A DNA stretch of 64,000 bases. Origin: an uncultured delta proteobacterium (GTDB taxonomy: Bacteria > Desulfobacterota > Binatia > JACPRU01). Position 1 is the first letter of the stretch. Each line of letters opens with the position of its first letter. Below are positions 46,511 through 56,337 of this stretch, in pieces. The notes beneath the pieces were generated by a model that was not told the origin of the DNA, ran no database searches, and was given only the letters and a program-made list of their open reading frames with translations. Where the stretch lies: assembly GCA_963745025.1 (NCBI GenBank), contig CAVUWD010000011.1, forward strand, positions 32,001 through 96,000. Direction: 5' to 3'. A program made the position numbers and the translations under genes.

Positions 46511-47401
46511 TCAGACCCTCTTCTTCCCCGGCTTTCGCGACGGCGGCGCCTGACTATAGTCGGCGAACGGCGCGTCACGCCGTTTCACCGCGGCGCCGAC
46601 GCCTTCCGTCTTCGCCGTCTCGACGAAGGCACGCCCCTGCGGCGTGTTGCGCATGTAGCCGTCGAGAATCGGACCCAGGAGCTGGGTCGAGGCGAGGCCC
46701 ATGTTCTCGTAGGCTTGATTGACGACGAGCTTCATCGCGTGGAGCTGCGAGAGCGGGATCTCGGCCAACCGCTTCGCGAACGCCCGCACCTCGTCGTCGA
46801 GACGCTCGGCGGGGTACGCGAAGTTGATGAGCCCGAGGTCCGCGGCTTGCCTCCCGGAAAGCGGCTCGCCCGTGAGCGCATGAAGCTTCGCCCGCGTGAG
46901 TCCGAGCCGGTAGATCCACATGCCCGTCAGATAGCATCCCCAGACGCGCGAATACGGCGTACCGATCTCGGCATCTTCGGCGGCGATGACGACGTCGGCG
47001 CAGAGCGCCATGTCCGAAGCGCCGCCGACGCACCAGCCGTGGATCTGCGCGATCACCGGCTTCGGGCTCCGCCAGAGACTCATGAACTTCGGCACGGGCG
47101 CGACGAATGGGCTCGTCGACAGCTGCAGGTCTCGCCCAGGGTCCCAAGCCTCGTCCGCCGCCTGTCCGCCCCATCCCGCGAAGTGCTCCAGCCCTTCGGA
47201 GAAATCGAAGCCCGCGCAGAACGCCTCGCCGGCTCCGCGCAGCACGATCACGCGTACGTCACGGTCGGCGTTGGCGTTCTCCACCGCATGCTCGATCTCC
47301 TCGGGCATCGGCGGGCGGATGGCGTTGAACTTCTCGGGCCGGTTCAGCGTGATCGTCGCGATCCGGCCGTCCACCGCGTAGAGAATCGTCTCGTAGGCCA
47401 T
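46511..47401 (-). CDS. enoyl-CoA hydratase/isomerase
   Basis: AGGAGG RBS; LNRPEKFNA, AFCAGFDF, KPVIAQIHGWCVGG. Confidence 0.9.
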   Translation of the reverse strand: MAYETILYAVDGRIATITLNRPEKFNAIRPPMPEEIEHAVENANADRDVRVIVLRGAGEAFCAGFDFSEGLEHFAGWGGQAADEAWDPGRDLQLSTSPFVAPVPKFMSLWRSPKPVIAQIHGWCVGGASDMALCADVVIAAEDAEIGTPYSRVWGCYLTGMWIYRLGLTRAKLHALTGEPLSGRQAADLGLINFAYPAERLDDEVRAFAKRLAEIPLSQLHAMKLVVNQAYENMGLASTQLLGPILDGYMRNTPQGRAFVETAKTEGVGAAVKRRDAPFADYSQAPPSRKPGKKRV

Positions 47402-47508
47402 GAGATCCTCCTTGCCGTCGACCGAAAGATAGAGCGGGCCTCCGTTGAAAGCGAGCGTGGCCATGGGTTAGGAGCCGAAGATCACGATCACGCGTGCGGG
47501 AGGCTCGC

Positions 47509-48474
47509 ATGAAGGACACCGTTCAAACCGTTACCGGCCCCAAGAAGGTCTCCGAGCTCGGCAAGACGCTCATCCACGAGCACCTGCTGATCGGCTGGCC
47601 GGGATGGCAAGGCGACTCGGCGTTCCCATTCAATCGCAAGGAGGCGATCAAGCGCTGCTGCGACTTGCTCGAGAAGCTGAAGGGTCTCGGGGTCAAGACC
47701 TTCGTGGATCCCTGTCCGAGTGATCTCGGGCGCGACCCCGAGTTCATGGCGGAGTGCGCGCAGAAGACCGGCATGAACGTCGTCTGCGCCACGGGCTATT
47801 ACAAAGAGGATCTCGGCGGCTCGCATTTCCGCTTTCGCGCCGGCTTCGGCAGCGACGTGACGGCGGAGGTAGCAGCGCTCTACCAGAAGGAGATCGAGGA
47901 CGGCATCGGTTCGACGGGAATCAAGGTCGGGCTCATCAAGTGCGCGACGGGCGAGGGCTCGATCAAGCCGTACGAGGAATCCTTGCTGCGCGCGGCGGCG
48001 CGGGCGCAGAAGGCGACCGGCGTACCGATCATCACCCACACCGATCACGGCTCACTCGGCGACAAGCAGTTGGAGATTTTCCTCTCCGAAGGCGTGAAAC
48101 CCGACCGCGTCGGCATCGGCCACTCCGACGACCGCGCCGATCTCGCCTACCACGCCGGCATTCTCGACAAGGGTGCGTTCCTCTCCTTCGATCGCTTCGG
48201 TCTCGAGATCTTGTTCCCGAACAAGCTCCGCATCGCCTCGCTGATCGCGCTTCTCGGCATCGGCTACGAAAAGCAAATGCTCGTCTCGCACGATACCGTG
48301 AACTGTTGGCTCGGCCGCCCGCTGCCCTCGCAGATGCTGCCGGTCATCACCGATTGGGAGCCGACGTACATCTTCCGGATCGTTCTGCCGAAGCTCCGCG
48401 AGGTCGGCATCAGCGAGGAGACGATCGCGACGCTTCTCGTCGACAACCCGCGACGCTTCTTCGCGGGATCGTAG
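47509..48474 (+). CDS. phosphotriesterase-like lactonase family protein
   Basis: TLIHEH, GRD, ATG, IKCA, ITHT, GHSDD, FDRFG, SHD. Confidence 0.9.
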   Translation: MKDTVQTVTGPKKVSELGKTLIHEHLLIGWPGWQGDSAFPFNRKEAIKRCCDLLEKLKGLGVKTFVDPCPSDLGRDPEFMAECAQKTGMNVVCATGYYKEDLGGSHFRFRAGFGSDVTAEVAALYQKEIEDGIGSTGIKVGLIKCATGEGSIKPYEESLLRAAARAQKATGVPIITHTDHGSLGDKQLEIFLSEGVKPDRVGIGHSDDRADLAYHAGILDKGAFLSFDRFGLEILFPNKLRIASLIALLGIGYEKQMLVSHDTVNCWLGRPLPSQMLPVITDWEPTYIFRIVLPKLREVGISEETIATLLVDNPRRFFAGS

Positions 48475-49161
48475 TCAGGAGTCTTCTTCCCCCGCCCCCG
48501 CGACCGCGAGCGTGTACTCGCCGCGCGGGGCTCGGGAAGCGAGCGTCGCGCGGACCGAGGAGATCGTCCCCCGCACGATCTCCTCGAAGAGCTTGGTGAG
48601 CTCGCGCCCGACGACGATCGCTCGGTCACCGAGGATCGCTTCCATCTCGGCGAGCGTCCGCTCGATGTGGTGCGGCGACTCGTAGAGAACAATCGTCCTC
48701 GGCTCGGTGCGCAGGGCTTCGAGGCGGCGGCGACGCCGGCCTTGGCGCTGCGGCAGAAACCCTTCGAACACGAACCGATCGGTTGCAAAGCCGCAAACGG
48801 AGAGCAGCGCCGTCGCGGCGGTCGCTCCTGGAATCGGCACCACCGCGATGCCGGCGTCGAGCGCGCCGCCGACGAGCCGGTAGCCGGGATCGGAGATGAG
48901 CGGCGTCCCGGCATCGGAGACCAGCGCGAGGTTCTTTCCCCTACGCAGCTCTTCGACGAGCTCGGGGGCTTTCCGGCGCTCGGCGGCGTCGTGGTAGCTG
49001 GTGAGCGGCTTGTCGATCCCGTAGTGGGCCAGAAGCTTCGCGGTGCGTCGCGTATCTTCTGCCGCGATGCGATCGACCTCGCGCAGCACCCGCAACGCCC
49101 GCTCGCTCACGTCCTCGAGGTTGCCGATCGGCGTGGCAACGACGTAAAGGATCCCCGCCAT
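48475..49161 (-). CDS. rsmI: 16S rRNA C1402 2'-O-methyltransferase
   Basis: LYVVATPIGNLED, AEDTR, SDAGTPLISDPG, YESPH, RELTKLFEE. Confidence 0.95.
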   Translation of the reverse strand: MAGILYVVATPIGNLEDVSERALRVLREVDRIAAEDTRRTAKLLAHYGIDKPLTSYHDAAERRKAPELVEELRRGKNLALVSDAGTPLISDPGYRLVGGALDAGIAVVPIPGATAATALLSVCGFATDRFVFEGFLPQRQGRRRRRLEALRTEPRTIVLYESPHHIERTLAEMEAILGDRAIVVGRELTKLFEEIVRGTISSVRATLASRAPRGEYTLAVAGAGEEDS

Positions 49162-49177
49162 TCGCCCTTCCTCCTCC

Positions 49178-50101
49178 ATGGATCTCGAAAAGACAACGTC
49201 TCGCGTCTCGAGCCAGCGCGCGCTGGTGCGCGCCGAGGATTCCGGAAAGCGCCTCGATCTCTTCCTCGCGGAGTGGCTCCCGGAGATCTCGCGGCGGCGC
49301 GCGCGCCTGCTGATCGGCGCGGGCGCGGTGTGGATCGACGGTCGGCGAGTGCTCGTCCAGTCCAGGCCGGTGGCTGCGGGACAAGAGGTCGTCTGCCATC
49401 TTCAGTCCTTCACCTTTCGGAAGACGGAGACGAGCGAGCCGCTCACCGTTCTCTACGAGGACGACGCCCTCCTCGCCGTCGACAAGCCGGCCGGGATGCC
49501 GTCGCATCCGACCTACGCGCGAAAGCTCGGCACCGCGCTCCAGGTGGCCGAGGAGCAGCTGCGGCGGCGCGAAGGGAGAAAGGTCCTACTCTGGCCCCTC
49601 CACCGCCTCGACACGGCGACCTCGGGGGTTCTGCTGTTCGCCAAGACGCAGGCCGCGGCGCGCGCGGTCAACCAAAACTTCGCGCGCCGCCGCGTCGCCA
49701 AGCGTTATCAGGCGCTCGTTGCCGCAGTGCCGGCGGCGGCGAGCGGCGAGGTCCGTCTCGCGCTCGCCGAGGGCCACCTGCGCACCGAAACCTCGACGAG
49801 CGGCAAGGAAGCCGTCACGCGCTACCAGCTGCTCGAAGCGTTCGCGGACACCGCGCTGCTCGAGATCGAGCCGCTGACCGGGCGCATGCACCAGATCCGA
49901 GTGCATCTGGCCGCCATCGGCCATCCGGTCCTCGGCGATACGAAGTATGGTCGCGAGGCAGAGCGCGGGGCGGCCCCGCGCCTGATGCTGCACGCTTCAT
50001 CCCTCGAGTTGCCGCACCCCATCGGCGGGCAACCGTTGGTCGTCGAAAGCCCGCTGCCGCAGGACTTCCGCGCGTCGCTCGCCGGCCTGCGGCCCCGCTG
50101 A
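49178..50101 (+). CDS. RluA/RluD family pseudouridine synthase
   Basis: S4 domain RLDLFL, DKPAG, HRLDTATSG, TGRMHQIRVH, GHPVLGD. Confidence 0.93.
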   Translation: MDLEKTTSRVSSQRALVRAEDSGKRLDLFLAEWLPEISRRRARLLIGAGAVWIDGRRVLVQSRPVAAGQEVVCHLQSFTFRKTETSEPLTVLYEDDALLAVDKPAGMPSHPTYARKLGTALQVAEEQLRRREGRKVLLWPLHRLDTATSGVLLFAKTQAAARAVNQNFARRRVAKRYQALVAAVPAAASGEVRLALAEGHLRTETSTSGKEAVTRYQLLEAFADTALLEIEPLTGRMHQIRVHLAAIGHPVLGDTKYGREAERGAAPRLMLHASSLELPHPIGGQPLVVESPLPQDFRASLAGLRPR

Positions 50102-50148
50102 GCGCCGCCCAACCTCGAAGCGAAAATGATTTCGGCCAAGAAGCGTGG

Positions 50149-50265
50149 CGAGCCCGCACCCGACTGGAGCGCGTCGCGAGCGCCGGATGAATCGCGGGGC
50201 CGTCTTTGCAGGCGCGAGAGGCGTCTCGGAAGAAGCTCGGGGCGGCCCAGTCGGGTGCGGGCTCG
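50149..50265. repeat. perfect 19-bp inverted repeat (REP-doublet-like)
   Basis: cgagcccgcacccgactgg (50149-50167) / ccagtcgggtgcgggctcg (50247-50265). Confidence 0.8.
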
Positions 50266-50354
50266 GGCGCGAAGGCTCACCGCACGGCGGTGCTGCACTT
50301 TCTCGAGCGGCTGGCGGATTGACAGCGGCGCGATCGCGTTCGACAACCGCTCGC

Positions 50355-51107
50355 ATGACGAAAGAGCGTACCGCAACGCTGGTCACCGGCGCGCTCGGCG
50401 GCCTCGGCACCGCGACCGTTGCACGCCTCCTCGACGAGGGTCAGGAGGTCGTCGTCGTCGACCGCCGCGCCGACGCCTTGCCGGCCTGGCTCGAGACGTT
50501 TCCGGCGGAGAAGCGTCCGCGAATCGAATTCCATCCGGTAGACGTCACGCGTGAGGAGCAGGTCAACGAGCTCGCGCGCGTGCTTCGCGAGGAAGGCGTG
50601 CACGTCGACCGGCTCGTCAACAATGCCGGCGTTCAGGGATCTGCCGAGGTCTGGGAGATGGAGTCGCTCGTCTGGGAGCGCGTTCTGCGCGTCAATCTCT
50701 ACGGCACCTTCTACATGACGCGAGCTTTCAGCCGGCCCATGGTCGAGCGCGCCTTCGGGCGGATCGTCAACTTTGCTTCGCTCTATGCCTACCATCCCGG
50801 GGTGGGCCAATCGCCTTACGCCGCCGCCAAGGCCGGGATCGTCGGCTATACCCACTCGACCGCTCTCGACCTCGCCCCGCGTGGCGTGACCGTCAACGTG
50901 ATCGCGCCCGGCCTGATCTGGCATGAGCGCGTGCGCGGCGTGCTCCCCGAGCAGGTCGTCGAGCGCATCAAGGCGCAGGTTCCCGTCGGACGTTTGGGAA
51001 GGCCCGAGGAGATCGCCCACACCGTGTCGTTCCTGCTTTCGGCGGAATCGTCGTACATCACCGGCCAGACGATCCACGTGAACGGCGGCCTCTATCTGCC
51101 GGGGTGA
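50355..51107 (+). CDS. SDR oxidoreductase (FabG/PhaB-like)
   Basis: TGALGGLG, LVNNAG, YAAAK, NVIAPG, YITGQTIHVNGG. Confidence 0.92.
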   Translation: MTKERTATLVTGALGGLGTATVARLLDEGQEVVVVDRRADALPAWLETFPAEKRPRIEFHPVDVTREEQVNELARVLREEGVHVDRLVNNAGVQGSAEVWEMESLVWERVLRVNLYGTFYMTRAFSRPMVERAFGRIVNFASLYAYHPGVGQSPYAAAKAGIVGYTHSTALDLAPRGVTVNVIAPGLIWHERVRGVLPEQVVERIKAQVPVGRLGRPEEIAHTVSFLLSAESSYITGQTIHVNGGLYLPG

Positions 51108-51193
51108 GGGTCGGTACCGTCCCGCGATCCACAAAGCCCTGATCCCAGAGCACGGCGGCAGCCGAGATCCCGCATCTGGGCGGCTCGATCGTG

Positions 51194-52645
51194 TCAACGC
51201 GGCAGCAGATGAATCGAGCGTCCGGCCAGGTCGAGAAGCGGCGTCTCGTAGAACCCGAACACGACGACGGCCGTTGCCAGCGAAAGCGTCAGGCACGCGT
51301 CGTAGGGGCCGATCCGCAGCGTCGGCTCTGCCGCCTCCCCCACCCCCATCACGAACAAGACCCGCGTATAGGCCAGGAGCGAGAGTACGCAGTTCGCGAG
51401 GGCCAGGAGCATGACCCCCTCGAGACCCATCGGAATGGCGGCGGCGAAGAGGTGGAGCTTGGCGAAAAACCCGACCAACAACGGCATGCCGGCGAGCGAG
51501 AGAAGGAACAGCGCGAGCGAAAAGCCGGCCAGAGTGCCGCGTCCGCGCAGCAACCCTCGGCAGGCATCCAGGTCGTCGCTGCCGTTCGCTCGCGTGATCA
51601 ACGCCGCGAGGTGAAACGCGCCGAGCGATGCCACCGAGAACGCCGCCAGGTAGAAGAGCGCCGCTTCGAGACCACGATCGCTCGCCGACGCGAGACCGAG
51701 CATCGCATAGCCGACGTGCGCCATCGACGTTGCGACGAGCACGCGCTGAAGCGATCGTTCGCGGAGCGCGCCGAGGTTGCCGATCGTCATGGCCGCGACC
51801 GACGACGCTGCCAGGGTCCGGCTCCAATCGAGACCCGCCGGATGCGCCCACCGTCCTTCCGCGCCTGGCTCCGAGAGCACGCCGACGAGCAAGCGACCCG
51901 AGAGCGCCAGTCCCGCCGCCGTGAAAGCGACGGCGACGAACGCGTCGAGCGATGACTCTTCGCCCGCCTCGCTCGACGCGGTCGCAATCAACACGCGGCT
52001 CGGAAAGGCAACCAGAAACGCGGTGGCGGCAAGCGCGAGGACGAACTCGTTGCCCGGCGCCAGCTCGAACACCGCCCGGTGGACACCTTCGTAGTCTGCC
52101 GAGCCGCAAAATCCCGCGATCCATGCGACGGCGCCGAGCATCGACACCGACACGACCATCCCGGCAAACCGCCCGGGGAAGGTGCCGACTGCGGAATCCG
52201 AGCCGTGAACCAATCTCCAGAGCGCGAGGCTGGCGATCTCGACCGAGACGTAACCGATCCAAAGGCTCGCGGCCGACGCCATCAAATCGAGGGCGAGCGC
52301 CGCAACGAGCGCAAGCGCGCAAGCGTCGCCTTCTGACTCGCCTGCGAACCGCGCCGACTCCAGCGCGATCCACAACACTGCGACCGTGGCGAGGCCGATG
52401 ACGATCTTGAAGAACACGGCGAAGCCGTCGACGACCAGCGCGCGCTCGAAGATCCAGACCTCCCCCCAGCCCGCGAGGCGGGCGGCAAGGAACACCGAGA
52501 CCGCGGCGCCGAGGATGGCGAGCTCTCCGAGCCCGCTGCGATCGAGGCCGCGAAGCCGGGCGAGCGCCGCAACGGTGAGCGCCGTCGCCGCCAGCGCCAC
52601 CTCGGGCCAGAAATACTGCCAACTCTCGAGAGCGCTGAGCTCCAT
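51194..52645 (-). CDS. nuoN: NuoN-like antiporter-type membrane subunit, divergent and orphan
   Basis: PEVAL, VDGFAVFFK, MTIGNLGAL, SMAHVGY, LFLLSLAGMP..GFFAK. Confidence 0.75.
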   Translation of the reverse strand: MELSALESWQYFWPEVALAATALTVAALARLRGLDRSGLGELAILGAAVSVFLAARLAGWGEVWIFERALVVDGFAVFFKIVIGLATVAVLWIALESARFAGESEGDACALALVAALALDLMASAASLWIGYVSVEIASLALWRLVHGSDSAVGTFPGRFAGMVVSVSMLGAVAWIAGFCGSADYEGVHRAVFELAPGNEFVLALAATAFLVAFPSRVLIATASSEAGEESSLDAFVAVAFTAAGLALSGRLLVGVLSEPGAEGRWAHPAGLDWSRTLAASSVAAMTIGNLGALRERSLQRVLVATSMAHVGYAMLGLASASDRGLEAALFYLAAFSVASLGAFHLAALITRANGSDDLDACRGLLRGRGTLAGFSLALFLLSLAGMPLLVGFFAKLHLFAAAIPMGLEGVMLLALANCVLSLLAYTRVLFVMGVGEAAEPTLRIGPYDACLTLSLATAVVVFGFYETPLLDLAGRSIHLLPR

Positions 52646-52901
52646 TCGGCGGCGGCATGATAGCCGGTGTCCCGCAACAAGAGGAGGCGCGGCAGCCGCT
52701 CGGAAAGGGAATACGGGAGAGGGACTCGCGGCTGCCGCGGGGAGAGCGACCCCACGACAGCAGATTCCGTGCCGCGAACAAATGCGCGAGAATCAGGCGT
52801 GCGCTATTTGCGGTGCACATTCTTGTCGCGCGCTGCGCAACGATTGTGAGCTTCGGTTATCGAGAGGCGAAGAAGTTCACGTCAGATTGAGAAACACGAC
52901 G

Positions 52902-53993
52902 CTACCGCGATCCATCCGCCGGACCGCTGACTCCGGCAGACTCGAATGATGCCATCTCGTCGAGGACTCGGCCTGCGGCGTCGAGAATCGGCAGCGCCAG
53001 CACGGCGCCGGTCCCCTCGCCGAGCCGAAGCCCGAGATCGAGGATCGGCTCGAGCCCGAGCGCGGTGAGCACGGCGCGGTGCCCGGCCTCCACCGAACGA
53101 TGACCGGCAAAGAGGTAGGCTCGCGCCGCCGGTGCGATCGCAACCGCGAGGAGCGCCGCCGCCCCCGCGATGAATCCGTCGAGGAGCACCGGCAGTCCCG
53201 CCGCGGCGCCGCCGAGGATGACGCCGACGAGGCCCGCGATCTCGAAGCCGCCGACGCACGCGAGCGCCTCCAGCGGCCGGTCGCGGCGCGGCCGATGGAG
53301 CGCGAGCGCCCGCTCGACGACGGCGATCTTCCGCGCGAGCGCTTCGTCGCCGATTCCCGTGCCGCGGCCGGTCACTTCCGCGGGCGGTCGCTTGGTGAGC
53401 ACCGCGGTCAAAGCAGCGGCCGCCGTCGTGTTGCCGATCCCCATGTCGCCGGTCGCAACGAGCCGGCATCCGTCGACGGCGAGCTCGGCGACGATTGCGG
53501 CGCCGGCGTCGATCGCCTGCTCTGCCCGGAGCTCGCTCATCGCAGGCCCGACGGTCATGTCCGCCGTACCCGGCCCGAGCGAGCAGCGCCGTACATCCGC
53601 GGGCCAGTCATGAGCTCCCGCGACTCCCATGTCGACGACCACGGTACGCGCCGCAAACTGTCGCGCGAGCACGTTGATCGCGGCGCCCCCGGCGGCGAAG
53701 TTCTTCACCATCTGCGCCGTGACGGCGGCCGGGTAGGCGCTCACACCTTGGCGCGCGACGCCGTGATCGGCTGCCATGACGACGACCGCCCGAGGCGAGG
53801 TGGCGAACGTGGTCGCGCGGTGGATCGCAGCCAGCCGCACGGCGATCTCCTCGAGCCGGCCGAGGCTTCCCTGCGGCTTCGTCTTCTGGTCGAGAAGGCG
53901 CTGCACCACAGCCGCCACCTCCGAATCGGGCGCGGCGATCCGCGCGGCTAGAGCATTCCAGTCCATCCTCACCTCACTGGGGCGGCGGTTCAT
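52902..53993 (-). CDS. cobT: nicotinate-nucleotide-dimethylbenzimidazole phosphoribosyltransferase
   Basis: TKPQGSLGRLE, ADHGV, GDMGIGNTT, GGFEI, LGLRLGEGTGA. Confidence 0.95.
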   Translation of the reverse strand: MNRRPSEVRMDWNALAARIAAPDSEVAAVVQRLLDQKTKPQGSLGRLEEIAVRLAAIHRATTFATSPRAVVVMAADHGVARQGVSAYPAAVTAQMVKNFAAGGAAINVLARQFAARTVVVDMGVAGAHDWPADVRRCSLGPGTADMTVGPAMSELRAEQAIDAGAAIVAELAVDGCRLVATGDMGIGNTTAAAALTAVLTKRPPAEVTGRGTGIGDEALARKIAVVERALALHRPRRDRPLEALACVGGFEIAGLVGVILGGAAAGLPVLLDGFIAGAAALLAVAIAPAARAYLFAGHRSVEAGHRAVLTALGLEPILDLGLRLGEGTGAVLALPILDAAGRVLDEMASFESAGVSGPADGSR

Positions 53994-54000
53994 TTCGGCG

Positions 54001-54519
54001 TCACTTGATGCGCAGCGCTTGGCCGGCCACCAGCAAGAACAGCTCGTCGGCGATCGCCGCCACGCGCTGATTCAAGAAACCGGCGGCATCGCGAAACGCA
54101 CGGGCGAGCGCGCTCTCGGGCACGATGCCGAGGCCCACCTCGTTGGTGACCACGACGACCGCCGAGCGGCGCGAGGAGAGCAACCCGACGAGTTCGTCGA
54201 CCGCTGGCCCGACATTCGTCGTCGCGCAGTCGTCCATCTGGTTGGCGAGCCAGAGAGTCAAGCAATCGATGAGGACGACGCCGCCGCGCTGGCGTCGCAG
54301 AACGGAGGAGACTGCCATTGGCTCTTCCACGGTCCGCCATAGCCGCCCGCGCTCGGCGCGATGGCGAGCGATCCGGGCTGCCATCTCCTCGTCCCGCGCC
54401 TCGGCCGTCGCCACAAACACTCGCGGCGATCCGAGCGATTCCCCTCGAGCGAGCGCAAAGCGGCTCTTCCCGGAGCGGGCGCCGCCTGTCACCAGAACGA
54501 TCGGCGGGCGCTCGCTCAT
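54001..54519 (-). CDS. cobU: adenosylcobinamide kinase/guanylyltransferase
   Basis: GGARSGKS, RIARHR, LIDCLTLW, VTNEVGLG. Confidence 0.95.
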   Translation of the reverse strand: MSERPPIVLVTGGARSGKSRFALARGESLGSPRVFVATAEARDEEMAARIARHRAERGRLWRTVEEPMAVSSVLRRQRGGVVLIDCLTLWLANQMDDCATTNVGPAVDELVGLLSSRRSAVVVVTNEVGLGIVPESALARAFRDAAGFLNQRVAAIADELFLLVAGQALRIK

Positions 54520-55238
54520 GTGGTCGCCCAGAAGACCAGCGCGACGGTTTCGGCGATCGCGCCCGCCGCCCCGAGGACGTCGCCGGTGACGCCGCCGAAG
54601 GCCGACACCGCGAGCCGCCGCACCCCCGCCGCCGTGGCCGCGACGAGCAGTGTGGCGAGCCACCCGCGCGCTCCGGCAACGACGGTCACGAGCCCGATCG
54701 TGACGAGCGTGGCGATGACGACGTCGCCGCCCTCGAGGTCACGAGCGAACCGCGCCCCGAGCCCTTCGTCCCGGGCGCTCGAGGCGCGAAAGCCGCTCAC
54801 CAGCATGGCCCAGCGACCGAGTACCGGCGACACGACGAGCGCCGTCGCGCGAGCGCGGCCGGAGAGTTCTGCGAGCGCGGCGAGATCGGTGGCGACGATG
54901 AGCACGAGCCCGAGGGCGGCGAAAACACCGATCGCGGGGTCGTGCATGATGCGCAGCCGCTCCTGTCGCGTGGAGCCGCCGAGCGCATCGAGGACGTCGG
55001 CGAGGCCGTCGTAATGAATCGCACCCGTCGCCAGCGTCCAGACCAAGAGGATCTCCACGTTGCGGAGGCCTTGAGGAAGAGCCCTCGTGGCGACGTCCGC
55101 GGCGAGGCCAGCGATCCCGAGCACGAGCCCGACCAGCGGAAACGCGCTCGCTCCGAAAGCAGGCGTGGCATTGGACGCGGCGAGCGGCAGGCGCGTCAGG
55201 AAGCGCAGCGCACCGGCGAAGTCGTCAGCGATCTTCAC
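54516..55238 (-). CDS. cobS: adenosylcobinamide-GDP ribazoletransferase
   Basis: FLTRLP, FPLVG, GAIHYDGLAD, GGVTGDVLGA. Confidence 0.93.
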   Translation of the reverse strand: MKIADDFAGALRFLTRLPLAASNATPAFGASAFPLVGLVLGIAGLAADVATRALPQGLRNVEILLVWTLATGAIHYDGLADVLDALGGSTRQERLRIMHDPAIGVFAALGLVLIVATDLAALAELSGRARATALVVSPVLGRWAMLVSGFRASSARDEGLGARFARDLEGGDVVIATLVTIGLVTVVAGARGWLATLLVAATAAGVRRLAVSAFGGVTGDVLGAAGAIAETVALVFWATT

Positions 55239-56055
55239 GCGCAGACTCCCGATCCCCCGTCGCGCTCACGCGGCCGAGCGGCAGGACGTTGAGCTTTCCC
55301 GTGAGATCGTTGCGGTGCACGTAGACGTCGGTGTCGTACACCTCGCGGATCGTCCGATAGTTGAGCACGTCGTCGGGATTGCCGCAGGCGACCACACGGC
55401 CCGCCTTCAGAAAGGCGAGGCGGTTCAGGTAGAGGGCGGCAAGATTCAGATCGTGAAGAACGACGATGAGGGTCATCCTCCGCTCCTCGGAGAGCGAACA
55501 GAGAAGCTCGAAGATCTCCACCACGTGGCGGATGTCGAGAAACGTGGTCGGCTCGTCGAGCAGCAGGACCTCGGGCTCCTGGGCGAGCGCGCGAGCGATC
55601 ACGACCCGCTGCTTCTCTCCCCCGGAAAGCTCGTGAAAGAACCGATCGGCGAGATCGGCGACGCCGGTGCGCTCCATCGCGCGTTCCGCCGCCTGCACGT
55701 CGCGGTCGCCCTCGAAGCCGAACCCGCCGAGGTGCGGGGCGCGGCCCATCAGCACGACTTCCATCACCGAGAACGGAAAGTCGAGCGCCGTCTCCTGGGG
55801 AACGACCGCGATCGAGCGAGCGAGCTCACGCGGCGCATAGGCGTCGAGGTCCCGAGATGCCAAGGTGATTCGTCCCGTCGAGGGACGGAGCACACGGGAG
55901 AGCAGACGAACGAGCGTCGACTTCCCGGACCCCGTCGGCCCGAGGATGCCAAAACGCTCGCCTCGCGGGATTTCGAGCGCGACGTCCCGCAGCACCCCGC
56001 GATCGCGGTAGGCGAAGCTCACACGCTCGATCTGCACGAAGGGCTCTCGGGTCAC
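55225..56055 (-). CDS. btuD: cobalamin ABC transporter ATP-binding protein
   Basis: GPTGSGKST, LSGGEKQR, LLLDEPT, HDLNLA; GTG start inferred. Confidence 0.85.
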   Translation of the reverse strand: MTREPFVQIERVSFAYRDRGVLRDVALEIPRGERFGILGPTGSGKSTLVRLLSRVLRPSTGRITLASRDLDAYAPRELARSIAVVPQETALDFPFSVMEVVLMGRAPHLGGFGFEGDRDVQAAERAMERTGVADLADRFFHELSGGEKQRVVIARALAQEPEVLLLDEPTTFLDIRHVVEIFELLCSLSEERRMTLIVVLHDLNLAALYLNRLAFLKAGRVVACGNPDDVLNYRTIREVYDTDVYVHRNDLTGKLNVLPLGRVSATGDRESAREDR

Positions 56056-56070
56056 GGTAACGCCCCAGTC

Positions 56071-56315
56071 TTTGCTAGAGAAGGGCTCCCGCGTTGTGCG
56101 GCAGAAGGAACGGCGCGTGGTTTTGCGGTCGATCCGTACTCGGGTCGGCCGCAAAACCACGCCACCGCGCGAAGCGCGGAAGGCAATACCCAAGGCGCGG
56201 CTCGAACCGCTCCGCGCTTCGCGCGGTGGCGCGTGTTTGTGTTCGATCCGAGTACGGCTCGAACATAAACACGCGCGCTGATCATTCTGCGACGGCTTTG
56301 CTGTGTTCTAGCAAA
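56071..56315. repeat. multi-hairpin repeat element, copy C, with terminal 9-bp inverted repeat
   Basis: core 56115-56276 with three hairpins; ends tttgctaga / tctagcaaa. Confidence 0.88.
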
Positions 56316-56337
56316 ATCCGGGGCCTTACGCGTCACG

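Noticed and set aside
50319-50347. TTGACA upstream of the SDR gene as a promoter
   Set aside because: The -10 at 17-bp spacing (GACAAC) is a poor match
52688-52739. 12-bp inverted repeat upstream of nuoN
   Set aside because: GC-only-rich single occurrence; cannot be assigned a function or family
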